DNA of 64,000 nt from Trichoplax sp. H2 (Eukaryota): the NCBI GenBank assembly GCA_003344405.1, contig NOWV01000221.1, positions 1-64,000 of the forward strand, in the 5' to 3' direction. The notes below the pieces were generated by a model. That model did no database searches. It saw nothing but the letters and a program-made list of their open reading frames with translations, and was not told the origin of the DNA. This document shows, in pieces, positions 23,977 through 38,900 of the stretch. How positions within the stretch are numbered: position 1 is the first letter of the stretch; every line of letters starts with the position of its first letter. The position numbers were made by a program, and so were the translations under genes.

Positions 23977-26900
23977 ATGATATTCTCATCAAAAAGAAAT
24001 AGTATTGACGCCCTAAAACAAGCACCCTTAATTGTTGACAGTATTAAGGTAGAACAACGAATGTGCAAGTCTACAATCTACGCCACTATAATCGAAAACA
24101 ATATAGTCATAACCACAGCAATATACTTTACACTAAGACCAAACAACGAGGACGCTGTATGTGTATTTAATTCTGTATGCCACGATAGTTGGCCAAATCG
24201 AATTGAATATGAGCTAAAATATTTTAAAAGTAACTCAATCTAAACCTATAAGAGTGATTTTAAGTAAGACTAACCCAGAACATGAACGAGTTGATACAGT
24301 TTTCTATATCTTCTATTTGCTTTTGGATTTATAAGCTAATATATGTCTTATTGAGTATAAACAGTACGATAGATAAATTATCAAATATGCCATAAATGAT
24401 TAACAAGCAAGACTATTATACCATAGAATTAAATGTAATCATCGATTCTTTTCAATTTTTGTCTTCAATTTATTTCTTTGATTTACCTTTGTCGAGGGGA
24501 AAAATAAGTAAAGTAAAGAGTAAAAGAAGTAAAGTTATTTTTATTCTTCATATCTTACAACTTATATAAATCGTCTCAATGACAGCAAATAAGAAGCTTG
24601 CGCTATCATTAAATAGTCATAGTGCATTGACTATGGCAAGCATTTCAGGCTTTTAATCTAAATCAAATTAGGTTCTACTAAGATTTAAATCGTCGTTTAT
24701 ATAATTTAATAAACTAAAATGATCGGTAAGTGGCCAGTTATGACTGTAATAGAAGTTTCCTAATAGTTTGGCTAGATATGGTAGTTATAAGCCATAGCAT
24801 ATATTTACAGCGGGCTAGTTTAGCCCTACGAAGAAACAGGATTATCATTTTAAGCAATTGATGCCTATTTACATCGATAGTGACTCATTTTAAGTAATTT
24901 AGGATGCAGTTTGACTTTTATCTTGAAGTTCACCATCTCTCATCACTTGAATGCATATCTATATATTTATCTATTAGCCTGGTAAAGTTGTAAGGCAGTC
25001 AGCGTTTGCCGGTGATAATGCTCAGACAAACATCAATCATATGAATAAAACCAGTGACCTCCATGATGAGATTAACATCATGGCAAGTAATTTTAAAAGA
25101 CCTGATTTCGTTTCACATCTTCCACCATTGGATATACCACAGGTAAATTCTTTGGTAAATAATGAATCGCAATTAAACATTCATAAATGAAATGGACGGT
25201 AGCAAACGATAAAGTTATCAAAATGTAGCGAAATAATGACAGTAATATTATCTATAGCTCTATGGCTATCAAGTAAATTTTTATTTAACAATTGTACCTT
25301 AACCTATTTAGCCTGCATATAGTACTAAACCTAAAGTAGTTCAAGATAGCACTTGGACACATTCATCGCCAACTAAAGAAGAACGCCATTTTCGCCATGT
25401 TAGGTACGTTACAGATTCATTTGATGCATATATATTAATATGAAATGATTCGGAATAGAAGTGTTATCTTTAAATAATCTAACGTGGATTTTACTTACAT
25501 AGTGACTCTATCGGAAATAACTACAGCCCTAGAGCTAAAGTTTTAACTTCATCGTATGTCTACGAAGCAACTCAACCACGTAAGCTAACTCTAAGTGCTT
25601 CATTTACTATTTATAATCAGTTCTTAATTCTGAATAATGGTAATAGCCATTCGTTTCATTTATTTCCGATCTTATTTTAAATATAGATATTGCAAATAAA
25701 CATAAGCGAACCAAGAGTTTGCCACCTATGAAGTACTCGCAAAGTATTTCGCTGTTGCTATTAAAACCTTCACATTATATAAGTTATGAAGAGGCGGATG
25801 CCACTTCTGTATCTAACCATGGCGCTAGTAATGGGTAATTTATAATATAAGTTAATAAGAAATTATCCTTCTTCCTTTACTTTCCTTCTTTAAAGCTGCA
25901 TACAGCAGCTCATAGTAATTACAGTCTATGTCTTATTAAGTCTGGCTACCGTGCTAATCATCTATCTTTCAAACTTTACTTTCATGGCAACGAAAATCAT
26001 AGAAATTCGAATTATCGAGGTAACAACCGTGATCAAGCATCGCCAAAAATGCAATATTTAGCAGGTACCAATATTGAAGAAACCTTGGCCAATGGTAATG
26101 ATCGTAATAAGGCTAAACACCTATTAGAAGGAATACAAGAAGAAGGATTATCGTACGTTGCTCAATGATCCATTTCTACAACTTCTATTCCATTCGCTAC
26201 TGAACAGGTATCGTTTTATCTATTCAATCTAACTTCTCTCTTTTTTTGTTAACAATTAGTAAAGCCAAAGTTAGAAATGGTAGAAATGAAAGAATTAAGA
26301 ATAAGAGAACTAGCTTCGCTGATCGAAATATCAAGGATAAACAAGAAATGTCCAATCTGATTATCAATGGAAGTTTCAATTATGATGAAAAGGCCGAAAT
26401 AAATGGCAATTCCAAACAAGACTCAGAAGTGACTGTTTTGCTCAATACTAGTACTTCATACGATTTCAGCAATCATGTTATTAGTATCGAAAACAGCAAA
26501 AATGCATCTAAAAATTACTCGTTAGATAGTCATACCGATGCCGGTGATTCCGCTCATTTAGTACCCAAATCAATAAATACCAATCGTCTGGGTCGTTTTA
26601 CGCCAGCCAGTAGCTTGTTTTCGAGTTCTGTAAGTTCTTTTAATCCGTCAACGCAATTACCAACGAGATTATGTTCAGCAATGTCAGACGAGGAAGTGAC
26701 CGAAGCTGATCAACAGTTAGTTTACAATGGGATGTAAGTTAAAGTTAATCTACGATTCTGATATGTACAAATTGATACACTACTAGATCAACAAGAATTC
26801 TAAATCGTTTAATCACTGCTTTATTAAACCCTTTTCTAGAAATTATAGCAAAGAAGAGATAGCATGTCTAAATATTGAATTCTTACCGGCACGTTTTGTA

Positions 26901-29900
26901 ACTGAGGGTTTAGCGCGTCCTGCAAGTCCAATAACTGAAATTCAGCTAGAACGTTATCATAATTTAATCTATAAAGCCATTCCTAATACTGTCGTACAAC
27001 CTTTGAATCCAGAATGGATAGAAAATGCGTATCATCTTGTACCACAACAATTAAGAATTAGCTACAAAGAACACGTTAAGAAATTAACAGAGGTAGTTTA
27101 ATTTCACGAAACTTTGAAAGATGCCATTTAAAAGTGTTTTAAGTTTTTATTGGTGACATGCTACCATGTTGATTTCTAATTTGTCCCATACAAATATTAT
27201 TTTGTATTTTTATAGCAAATGGATGAATGCTACTACCTCAGTGTTAAGAAAGCTATATTAGATTATATTTTGCTAGATAAACAAGAACAAAAGCGCTTAG
27301 GGATTGCCACCAGACCCAAGGTTCGAAGTGTGATAATATCGCAGTACCTGTCATAGTGTAAATAAAGATATTTTTAACTTTTCACTGCAACAGAAGCGTA
27401 GCTTCATTACAGTTGTTTGCAATGGTACGAAAATTTTAATTTTAGGTTATGAAAATCTATTTTGCTACTGCTTAATTTATTTTGTTAGCTTCAACTGCAT
27501 GTAAGACAGCATGGAAAAGCATTAAAGTTATAATTTTTTATTTTCTGTTGTCAAATTTGTCCTACTAATACGCCAACTCAGCTACCCCTACCAGCTGGAC
27601 GAGAATATTTTCCATGGCACGAATCCATGTCTGAAGCAAAACAGAATCTAGAATCCAGTCTCTTCACTACTCATGCGGTTACTAGAGAATTAATTAATCT
27701 ATGGATAACAAAGTGAGTAAAATGATAGAATCGTAAAATACTATTGGTCTTCAGTGATGTTTTAAGATCAATTAGTTAGGATTGATGGGTGATATTTCCG
27801 CTACTATAATCGTTACTACGGAATTTTATCCATGTTAATTTCATCAAAATTGTCTTCCATTTTGTATCCATTTTCATAGGAATAGTGCATCATGACAAAT
27901 TAGTCTCATAGCTTAGATGATAAAATTATAATCATTTAATATTAGTTTTCTACAATAGTGTGTGGAAATTTTTGCAACCATTATAACGCACCATCTGATC
28001 AATATTGATACAGGTACAACAATTTCCGTCTATTCGATATGGATGACTTACGACGCAGCTTCTTCATGACGGTAGAAAAGTTTCATGAATATTTAAGCAA
28101 ATCCAGTGAGAAAGCAGTGGCTGAATTAAAATCAACGTGGTTACCCCAATGTGGTACAATTGCAGCTTCCTTTAAGGAAGATATTGAGAAGAGAATGCCG
28201 AATGATGAGGTGATTAAGAAACTATATCAATCATCATAAATGTTGAAATTAATCGTACAACATCATTTATTTGAGCAAGTTGTACTAAGTTCATCGTTTC
28301 CAATCATTAGGAAGGAAGATTAAATAAAATGGATTCTTTTTTTGACTGCGTGGCTGGATTAATGTCTATACAAATTCGTAGTGCCGTCTTGCATTCGATC
28401 TACGATTTAGTGGAATTAACAGAAGAATATAGCAATGGCAATAACTACGATGGAGAGTATTTTCATAGTAATCAAACTAAAACCATCCATCCTATTGTCA
28501 TTTTTACTGTAAGTAAAGTTGAATTTTGTTTATTCAATGATCTTACAAACATATAATAGCAAAAATTACATTGCACTTGGAAATTATTTCCTGATAGTTG
28601 CTTATTTATTCTATTTAACGCATAGGATGGCAGCATCGAAGGGCAAGACATTATCTTTAAGCCAACCATAACTGAGATTATCGAGAAAATTAATATTATC
28701 ATCAATATGATGTTAGATAGTATTAAAGGGATACCAAGAGTTGAATATCAGTTATTTTACCTAGAAGACGATAATCAAGACATTCGTTGTATCGAAGTTC
28801 TACGAAGTGAAGAAGAATTAGTCCTAATGGCCAAGCAAAGGATAGAAGAAGTTATTCGAAATAATTTGCACGGTCCAGTAAGGTCTGTTTGGAAATCTAT
28901 CCTCTATATAGTTAATAATTTAACTTAGCTACCATAAGAATGATTACTTATATTCATCCTCATATCTTGCTTGTCATATTTTTCTTAGATATCGATCTGT
29001 CTATCAACCATATAATTACTTATTGACTAAAAAAGCCATTGAAGATTGTGAAATATTTGTACAAGAAGACCATTCACTCGAAGAATACGTTGCTAAAATT
29101 GAAAAATTTCAAGACATGATCACAGAAATTGGCTCATTACCAGTTTTAGTACCGATGCATTTGTTCACTTTAAATTGCGATGGAGCGAATAGAGTTAGTT
29201 TTTAGTTGACTTTAGGCTTAAATTAATGTGATAAAATAATATTTAGGGCACCAGAAATAATTCTTATAACTTCTGTTTTTATCATACCTAGTTTTTGATC
29301 AATCAAGCGCGTATGTTAATTAATACACTGGTGCAAAATATTGTGGATAAAAGTCGGAAATTTAATCGAAAGATATGCAATGACTACAACGATATCGTGG
29401 CTAGAATGACTATGATACCAAATAATACTGAAGAATTGGTCAAATTGTCCAATTATACAGATGGTTTACGTGGAGGGGCTTTACTGAAGCTTTTGGTAAG
29501 ATTTTTAAATTACATATAGATGCTTACAATTTTATTCCTTTGCGGCTCAATCTAAATTTTTTTCAATAATTCCTTTATTATAATAGGATAAAATTAACAT
29601 TGCTGCGGATAATGTTCTCTTCTTGATGGATTTTGCTATTTTGCCCGATGAAGATATCCAATTGAATAACATTACCTTTACTTGGCCTGCCCGCATATTG
29701 CCGATGATTAGTGCCAAGTAAGTCTAGTTAGCGAGGATGTAATCATGAAATAGAGAAAGTTTATTTGTATAGATTTTTAATATCCTTGTAAATCCTTTCT
29801 GGCTGATGTTACACAAGTTTTAGCTTCTTACCAAATTTACTGTGACTGAAATTATTCTACGCTCAAAAATTCTTGATGCGAGCGTTGTTATAGTCTGCAG

Positions 29901-32900
29901 AAGTTTTATAGTATTCATGAGATTTTAAAATTAAATATTTCCTGAGTTATAAGACAAGTCTAGTAATTAGTAGTAGCTTACTTATTTGCCAAGTCATAGC
30001 ATGATCTATTTATGTTAGCCATAGCCATCGAAATATAGATACTCCAACGTAAGTATGCTATATATTTAGTAGTAGTCTCTAATTCTCGTCAGAGGATGAA
30101 ATAAATCGATTGGTGAGAATTTATGCAGAATTCTAAATCTTATGGATTTATATACGTATTCTGTCACAGATTTAGTTTACATTGATTAGCTTTAAGCCAA
30201 CTCAGAATAATAGTATACATAAAAGGTATTCATTTCGCAGATATGGCAATAATAAATCTTTATTTCAATTCGAAAAAATATAGCGAATTACAGATCAACG
30301 CTCGTCATGATCAAGCCGTTGCTCATTTAAATCAGTGGCTAAAAAGATTCGATTATAATACTAAGGAATTGATGAAAGATGTCCAATCATTCGAACCGAA
30401 GGAAAGATTGGCAGAGTCTGAGACTTATCATTACGAATTAAATGAAATCCAAGAGAAACTTGAAGAATTATTCGAAGAGGTAGGTACTAGTGAACGCCTT
30501 AAAATAAATTGTAATTACCTTTCGTATTTTATAGCAACATATCAAAAATATCTCACAGTAAATAGTCATCTAATATGTAAAACATAATCTTTTTTAACTT
30601 TATTTGATCATAGAAACAACAAATTAATAGAGAAGAAGAATTATTAGGATGTGAAGTAAAATCTACATTTCCTATTCTACAAGAAATTGTCAGTAAGAAA
30701 GATCCATTTGACAAGTTATGGAAAACTGTTGTGACTTATAATAATAATGCTAAAAACTGGATGAATGGATCCATGCTGAAACTAAATGCCGAACAGTTGG
30801 AAGAACAGGTTTGCGCTTATCTAGATTTTTAGGATACTGCTTAAGAATTATATAGCTTTTATAAAGTATAAATACTCTATATATTATATTAGCAGTGATG
30901 TAGGATTGATAAATTTACCTCACGTGTTATTGTAGATAAATTTTAATATATTTCTCATCTTTTATTATGTTAATGCTATCACAAGGTAATGGATTTATGG
31001 AGGACCAGTTATCGATTAACGAAAGAATTCCTACGTCAAGATCTGCCTGGGCCTTTGCGAGCAACAACTAGTATTAAGGGTAAACTGGATAAATTTAAAA
31101 TCTATATGCCGCTAATTCGCGCTCTTTGCAATCCCGGATTAAAAGATCGGCATTGGCAAGCAATGAGTGAAGTTGTAAGTCTATAAGCATAATCTTTATT
31201 AGAATTAATGATACGTTAACTGAGCACAATGTAATACCACGTTGCCGAAAAGAAGCATAATGTTATAAGCAATCTTATTATACAAAGAATAATATCAACT
31301 TTATTATAATGGATATATTTAACCTAACTCAATATTATAAAATTTTACTGAAAAGAAATATTATAAGTAATTTTATTGATCAAAGAATAATATCAACTTT
31401 ATTATACTATATAATAAGTTAACGTGATATAATACCACTTTACCGAAAAAGAACCTGAATAATACTAAAAATTTTATCGATCAGGGAAAAATATAATTCT
31501 GCTTATACTGAAAACTTCGCTATATGTCTAGGTTGGACAAGATATAACGCCGAATGACAAGACTTCCTTAAGTGATATGTTTAGTTTGGGATTGGACAAA
31601 TATGTTGATCGCTTAACAGAGATTAGTGTAATTGCCAGTAGAGAATATGCACTAGAAAAGGTAAGACTAGCTAGATAGACTTTATTGATCGAAAAGAAAT
31701 TAATGCACAACATATCAGGAGAGAAAATTTGTACTTAGCCTCAATATCCTTTTATACGTATGCCTAATAAATTGACAAAGCAACTACTTCGCAATAAATA
31801 GTTACTTTTGTCGTACTCTCACTCTCTTATTATATTGATTGGATAGTATTTAATTCAAAAGCTAAATGACACAGTTATTGAACGTTTTATTCTTGTACTG
31901 GAATCATAGGCCCTGGATAAGATGTCTCAAGATTGGGAAACCATTCATTTTACCTTTGTGCCATATCGAGATACTGAATTAAATATTTTATCATCCTTTG
32001 ATGATATTCAGGTTAGAAGGCAAAATGGAGCCTTAACTCTCCTTTTTTTGTAATATATCATCATTTATTTATCCTTATAGCATATTTAATGATGAACTGA
32101 ATTTGCTAATGGTTCGCTTTAAATAGATTCTCCTGGATGATCAAATTGTTAAGACTGTCACTATGAAAATGTCACCAGTAATCGGACCATTTGCAGGACA
32201 AGTTGAAGCATGGGAGAAGAAATTGGTAAGATAGATGATGATTAATCATAATTGGCAAGGGAAATATTTATATTCGTTTTATGTAAAAATTGTTTATATC
32301 ATCCATAACAGAGGAGGACACAGAACATTTTAGATGCCTGGCTTAGGGTAAGAAAAAATACTGTCCTAGATTTATTACAGCAGATAAATCGAGAAATCAA
32401 AATTTCTAAGCACATCCTCGCCATATAGGTTCAATCATCTTGGATGTATCTTGAACCTATCTTTAGTTCTAAAGATATCTGCCAGCAAATGCCAAAGGAA
32501 GGAATGAAGTTTAAGGCAGTAGACAGACAATGGTGCGTTTCTGTACATAATTTGAAATACTTCATTTAAGAGCAATCACTTCTAGTAAAAGTAGATTTCA
32601 GGAATGGAAAGCTTGATTAATTAAAGGAGCTTAATTTTTATTGTAGGAAATCCATGATGGAAACAAGCATAGTTGATACTAAAGCGATGATTGTTGTTTC
32701 ACAACCCAATATGTTAGAAGATTTGCAGGCTTCAGAGGTAATTTAACTCCGACTTGAATTGTGGATGATTATAATATTTAACTCGGAGTTTAGCATTTAA
32801 TTGATAGCTCAGACCAATAAAATAATCTTCATACACTTTATTTCTACAAATAGCTAATGCATGCTTTTAATATTAACATAACGCCTGAAATGTTTGTCAC

Positions 32901-35900
32901 CTTCGAACGCCGGCATAAAATATTAAATTACTTCACATCAGAATAATATCACAATTTGCCAAACGTTGTTGATTTTTTTGAGTTCAATTTTCACGCTTGC
33001 GATATCGATATCTACTTGACGACTAAAAGTTTTATAAGATAAAAGTACATACTTGGGCGAAGTAATTCAGTCTGAGAACTTGACGTTGAATGGAAAATAC
33101 TTCGGTATACTATATATTAATAACCGCGAGACTCTAAACCTAGATATTCATCGAAAGTAATTAATTAGATACTTTATGCATTGCACGTTTATCTACAAAT
33201 TAAAAGGTGACAATTACTTGAGTAAAGCAAGATAATACTCCTCAGCTAAGGTGCAAGAATAATATGATAGCTGGCAATATTCTATATCAAATTATTTAGA
33301 ATTATTTAGAAGTAAATACAATCTCCTTAGAGTTGTAAAAGAGAATTGTCTGAAATAGTAAATATCTATGCTTAGTTAGCGTTGTGCTAATTAATAACTA
33401 CCAGAAAAATTGGACTTTGAGGTGTGGGTATTTGTATAGTAATGAAATTGATTCTACTTTTAATCGTCAAGAACTTTCAAACTGAAAGTATTATTTATTG
33501 CACTATAATTATTACGATGCATTTCAAGCTATAGTTAAATCTTGATAATGATATATGAATTATTTCAACGACAAGGCTTTACTGGAAGAAATTCAGGTGG
33601 GATTGAATCGATACTTGGAAGAGAAAAGACTATTTTTCCCACGGTATATGAGTATTTTCACAGTCGTTGCTTGTTATTCTATGAATTTGTTGCATTAGCA
33701 GTCTATTCTAAAGACAATATATAAATTTTACTATCCCTGATCAAATAGATTCTTCTTCCTATCCAACGATGAATTGCTGGAAATTCTATCGGAGACGAAA
33801 GACCCATTAAGAGTACAACCACACTTGAAAAAGATCTTTGAAGGAATAGCTAAATTGAATTTTACAGAAGACACAACTATTGTCGCGATGATTTCAGCTC
33901 AAGATGAAATTATTGAGTTAGTTCACCAAATATTTCCTAATGATGCAAAAGGCATGGTTGAAAAGTGGCTTCAACAAGTTAGTAGATATTATTTAACGCA
34001 TTTTCCTTTCGTATTTCACGCCAATTACCCTTAAATTCAGAAAAGAGAAGCTGACTTGTTGTACTAAGGGGCTTATGCTCTCTTATTGTAGGTGGAATTT
34101 GCTATGAAGAAAAGTATTAGACAAGAGATAGAAGATTCTTTAGCAGATTATTTAGATTCTTCTCGTAAAGAATGGATCCTATTGTGGCCTGGCCAAGTTG
34201 TGCTAGCTTGTAGCCAAATATTTTGGACCGCTGAAGTCTCGCAGGTAGATAGACCTTTCTATTTCGGCTTATTCAGGAATGATTTATTTGTAAATCAGTC
34301 AAATTCAGATGAGGATATTAAAATTTTCGACTAATACCAAGGTGATGAAAAGTTTCTATAATTAAATTAATTCTTTTAGGCGATTGAAGATAACACAATC
34401 GAACACTATTTGCGAAAATGTACCAACCAAATTAATGACAGCGTGGAATTAGTTCGCGGAGAACTGACAGCTATGTCACGTACAACTTTAGGAGCCTTAA
34501 TTGTTGTTGATGTTCACGGTGAGCAAAATAATAAAATGGTCTTTTTTTCGTAATATAAATTTCATTATATCGATAGTATAGTTTCCATAGAATGCGCTAC
34601 ATTGGATTTACCTGCGGAAGAGAATAATTTTAGGTCTTTAATCGTTAGTTTACTTGCATGGCACATGCCTGACTAGAATTTACTTGATAGTAGTAAATTG
34701 TTATTTAGAATTAGTCTAATGTTGCAATTGCATTACAGCCCGGGATGTGGTAGCCAAATTGAAAGACATGAAAGTATCGTCAATACGTGACTTCCACTGG
34801 ATTAGCCAAATGAGATATTATTGGGAGGAGGAGAATGTGGTTATAAGAATGATTAACACGACTATTCCTTATGGATATGAATATTTAGGAAATACCGGAC
34901 GATTGGTCATAACTCCCTTAACTGATCGATGCTACAGGTGATCATAATGAAGCTATTATCCTAAATTGGCTTATTTTCCATGCATAGAATTATTTTGTCA
35001 TAGATATATTACCTAAGAAAATTGAATGCTAATAATACTAGTTCATATAAGAATTATAATATCAGAGTAAACTTTTCCAAATTTTTTTGTAATTTAATAC
35101 AATAACAAGTCAACGATCTTCTTGATTAACAGTGCTGAAATTTAACCAGTTTCGATGAGAATTCTTATTGTTAGTTATTTAATAGCAACTTGCCAAATTT
35201 ATATAGAACTAAATTCGACTATCATAAGCACTACCTTTAGTACTACTTAAAATTCGCATCATTATATCACCTAGTTCTTATTATGCAGGAGAATTTTGAG
35301 GATAGAATGCCCATCATGCATCACCTATTAAAATTATTACAGTTTTATTGATTTAACGATGCAAGCCCTGATGGACTTTCTTTCTTTACTAGAACTTTAA
35401 TGGGCGCTTTATCTCTTAATCTTGGTGGTGCTCCTGAAGGGCCTGCAGGAACTGGTAAAACAGAAACATGTAAGGATTTAGCCAAAGCTATTGCCAAACA
35501 GGTTGGTAATCCCCGATGCCATTATAGCGATTTCCTGTTATGTATACAATTCATTTATTGCATTTATAATTTCAAATTATTTAAACGAAATCTTCTTTAT
35601 AAGATGTACAAGCGTTGAACCAATTATAAAAAATAAGATTTTCCAACTCAATATCAATTCTGCTTGAATTTTATACTAGCATGGAGTTGTTCACCTTGTT
35701 TTAATCGTGTGTATTATTTTTAATTTATTAGTGTGTCGTATTTAATTGCTCTGATGGTCTTGATTACAAAGCCATGGGAAAATTCTTTAAAGGTTTAGCG
35801 CAAGCTGGTGCTTGGGCTTGTTTCGATGAATTTAATCGAATTGAATTAGAAGTACTCTCTGTTGTTGCCCAGCAAATACAAAGTATTCAGCGTGCGATCT

Positions 35901-38900
35901 CTGAACAAGTCCAGACATTTGTCTTCGAAGGAACGAAGCTAAAACTAGATCCGTCTTGTACAATCTTTATTACTATGAATCCTGGATATGCTGGACGAGC
36001 TGAATTACCAGATAATTTAAAGGTAACCAAGGCAGAAGCCATTATCTGATACTCACTGTCTCTACTAAGTGATCAATTTGATGCATTAGCAATATCCATG
36101 ATAATTAAAGGACTAAAATGCTTACTGAAATGTCTTCATTCAGGTATTATTCCGTACTGTGGCTATGATGATCCCAGATTATGCTATGATAGGAGAAATT
36201 GTTCTATACTCAATGGGATTTGTAGACGCAAGAAATTTATCCACCAAAATTGTGGCAACCTATCGTTTATGCTCTGAACAGGTAATAATCTAATTTTTGA
36301 TTTTCATTTCCACATATACAAACTTTAAAGGATATGCATGGATTGCAGTTATATTAATCGAAAAATTTCAAAAAAACTACTTTCGTAGCTTTCTTCTCAG
36401 CATCATTATGATTACGGTATGAGAGCCGTTAAAAGTGTACTGCTTGCTGCTGGCAATTTAAAATTGAAATATCCTCAAGAATCAGAGGATAAGTTACTGC
36501 TTCGATCTCTTATGGAAGTTAATTTACCGAAGGTTAGCTTAAAATAGGAATTATGGGTGTTTTAAGACATTTTATAATGCAGTCCTTTTCTTTACGTTGT
36601 CGTAAATTAAATTTTTTGAATATGAGATTTACTCGACTTCTAGGAAGTATCGTAAATAATTGACTCTTTTTTACAGTTTTTAGTGCCAGATATAGTATTG
36701 TTTGAAGGAATTATTAGCGATCTTTTTCCTGGAGTCATTTTGCAAAATAAGGATTATGGTGATCTACAAGCAGCTTTACATGACGGTATAAAGGAACAAA
36801 AATTGCAGTCTAACCCTTGGTTTATAAGAAAAATTGTTCAAGTAAATTAAAAACTTATGGTTTGCTTAGAGTTACTTAGTAATTAAATTCTTATTTATAC
36901 GATAAATAACGTAGTAATAGAAGAATATTGTGAATGTATGTTGTCATTTCTTAATACTATGGCTGTCTCTTAAAACCTAAAATTTAGATCTACGAGATGA
37001 TGCTGGTAAGACATGGATTTATGATCGTAGGAGATGCCTTAGGTGGTAAAACATCTGCCATTCGAGTATTAGCACAAGCTCTGACTAAACTGTATAACAC
37101 AAAAAGTTCCTTTAAGGAGAATGCTGTAAGTATATGCTTAGTAAAAGTCTTTCAAGCCTAATTTCAGTTGCTAATACACGTATTGAACGTTGTCGTTGCC
37201 GTAATAATTCAACAGCCATATCAATTTAAATCGAAATTATTCGGATCCTAATTCTATATAGGTTCAATATCAAATCATAAATCCTAAAGCAGTTACTATG
37301 CAACAATTATATGGTAGCTTTGATCCTGTGTCCCACGAATGGTCTGATGGTAATCATCACTTAGCAATAATATATAAGAATGATTAAATCAATAACTTAT
37401 TCACAAATGTATTTTTTTAAATCTGATGAGGCATATTGAATTTACATTAAAATAATGATCTCATAGCCATAAGAAGAAATATTATCAATTGTAACTGTAT
37501 GCTTAACGCCCTCGTTCGATATTCTTTATTATTATAGGGGTACTAGCAAAGGTCTTTAGAGAACAGGCAGCTTCACTGACAGAAGACAGAAAATGGTGCA
37601 TATTCGATGGACCTGTTGACGCTGTATGGATCGAAAATCTTAATACCGTGTTAGACGACAACAAAAAGGTTAGTTTCATGTTAGAAAAATTAGCAAAAGA
37701 TTCCATAACCATCTAAAATAGCTAATTATCTACCTCTCTCGATGTTATTAATGAAAACTTTTAAAATGTATCTATATCGATGAAACCCATCCTTTCATGT
37801 TATCATTTCATTACTTAATAGAGTTTTAGTAACTTTTATTAACAGCGACAATATTAACTAAATCGCTTGGCCTATATTAACAGCTTTGTCTGATGAGTGG
37901 TGAAATTATCCAAATGAGTCAACGGCAAAATATGATATTTGAACCTGCTGATCTTGAGCAAGCATCACCAGCAACTGTTAGTCGGTAAGTAGCAGCTGAA
38001 AATTTATTGAATAATACAGATAGGTAGGGATCTACAAGAATAGAACAAGATGAATATATAGATAGACAAAAGTGTATGTTAATGGCCACATATATCATTT
38101 TTAGATGTGGTATGATCTATATGGAGCCTTCGCAGTTAGCTCCTGCAACTCTGGTGAAATCATGGATTGAGAATTGTTTACCTAAAACCTTAACTGAGCC
38201 TCAAGTCAAAACTGTTGAGGTTAAATATCAGATTTCGCTTTGTAGATATAGCTTTCATCAATTAATGTTTGCTCTATCCCAAAATGATCATTTCTATAAA
38301 TTGTATTAACCATATCTTTACCGAATGCTACTGTAGAACATGTTTAGTTGGTTATTACCACCATGTCTGGATTACGTGCAGAATTGTCGACAATTTGTTA
38401 AGGTTTCATCAATGCATTTGACCATGTCTATGCTTCAGCTCTATGACTGTCTGGTTGAAGAATTAAGGTAAATATATATAGTAACTTTATCGGATGATAT
38501 TTTCATGTTGTCGCATATCGAAGTTACTACTTATTTCTTCCATCTTGTTGAATAAGCAAGGCTTACAGAAAAATGAGCACTAAATTCCATTTTTATATTG
38601 ACTTTTGAAATAGACACGAACCTCCAAAAAAAGATGAATTAGAAGAAATTATTGAAGAAGAACAGGAATCGAGAGAAAATGATGGCGTATCTCCTACGCC
38701 CTCCAATATTAATCCTTTAACTCTTGAATCAGATAATATTAATGAGGACGGCAGACCCGATAATGTAGTTCGTGCATGGTTGCAAGCTTTATTTCAGTTC
38801 GCTTTAGTATGGAGCCTCGGAGCGGTTATTGAAGGAGATAGCCGTGCAAAGTAAAAGCGACATCACTACATGGAAATTGGAATCTATCTATAATTAATTC

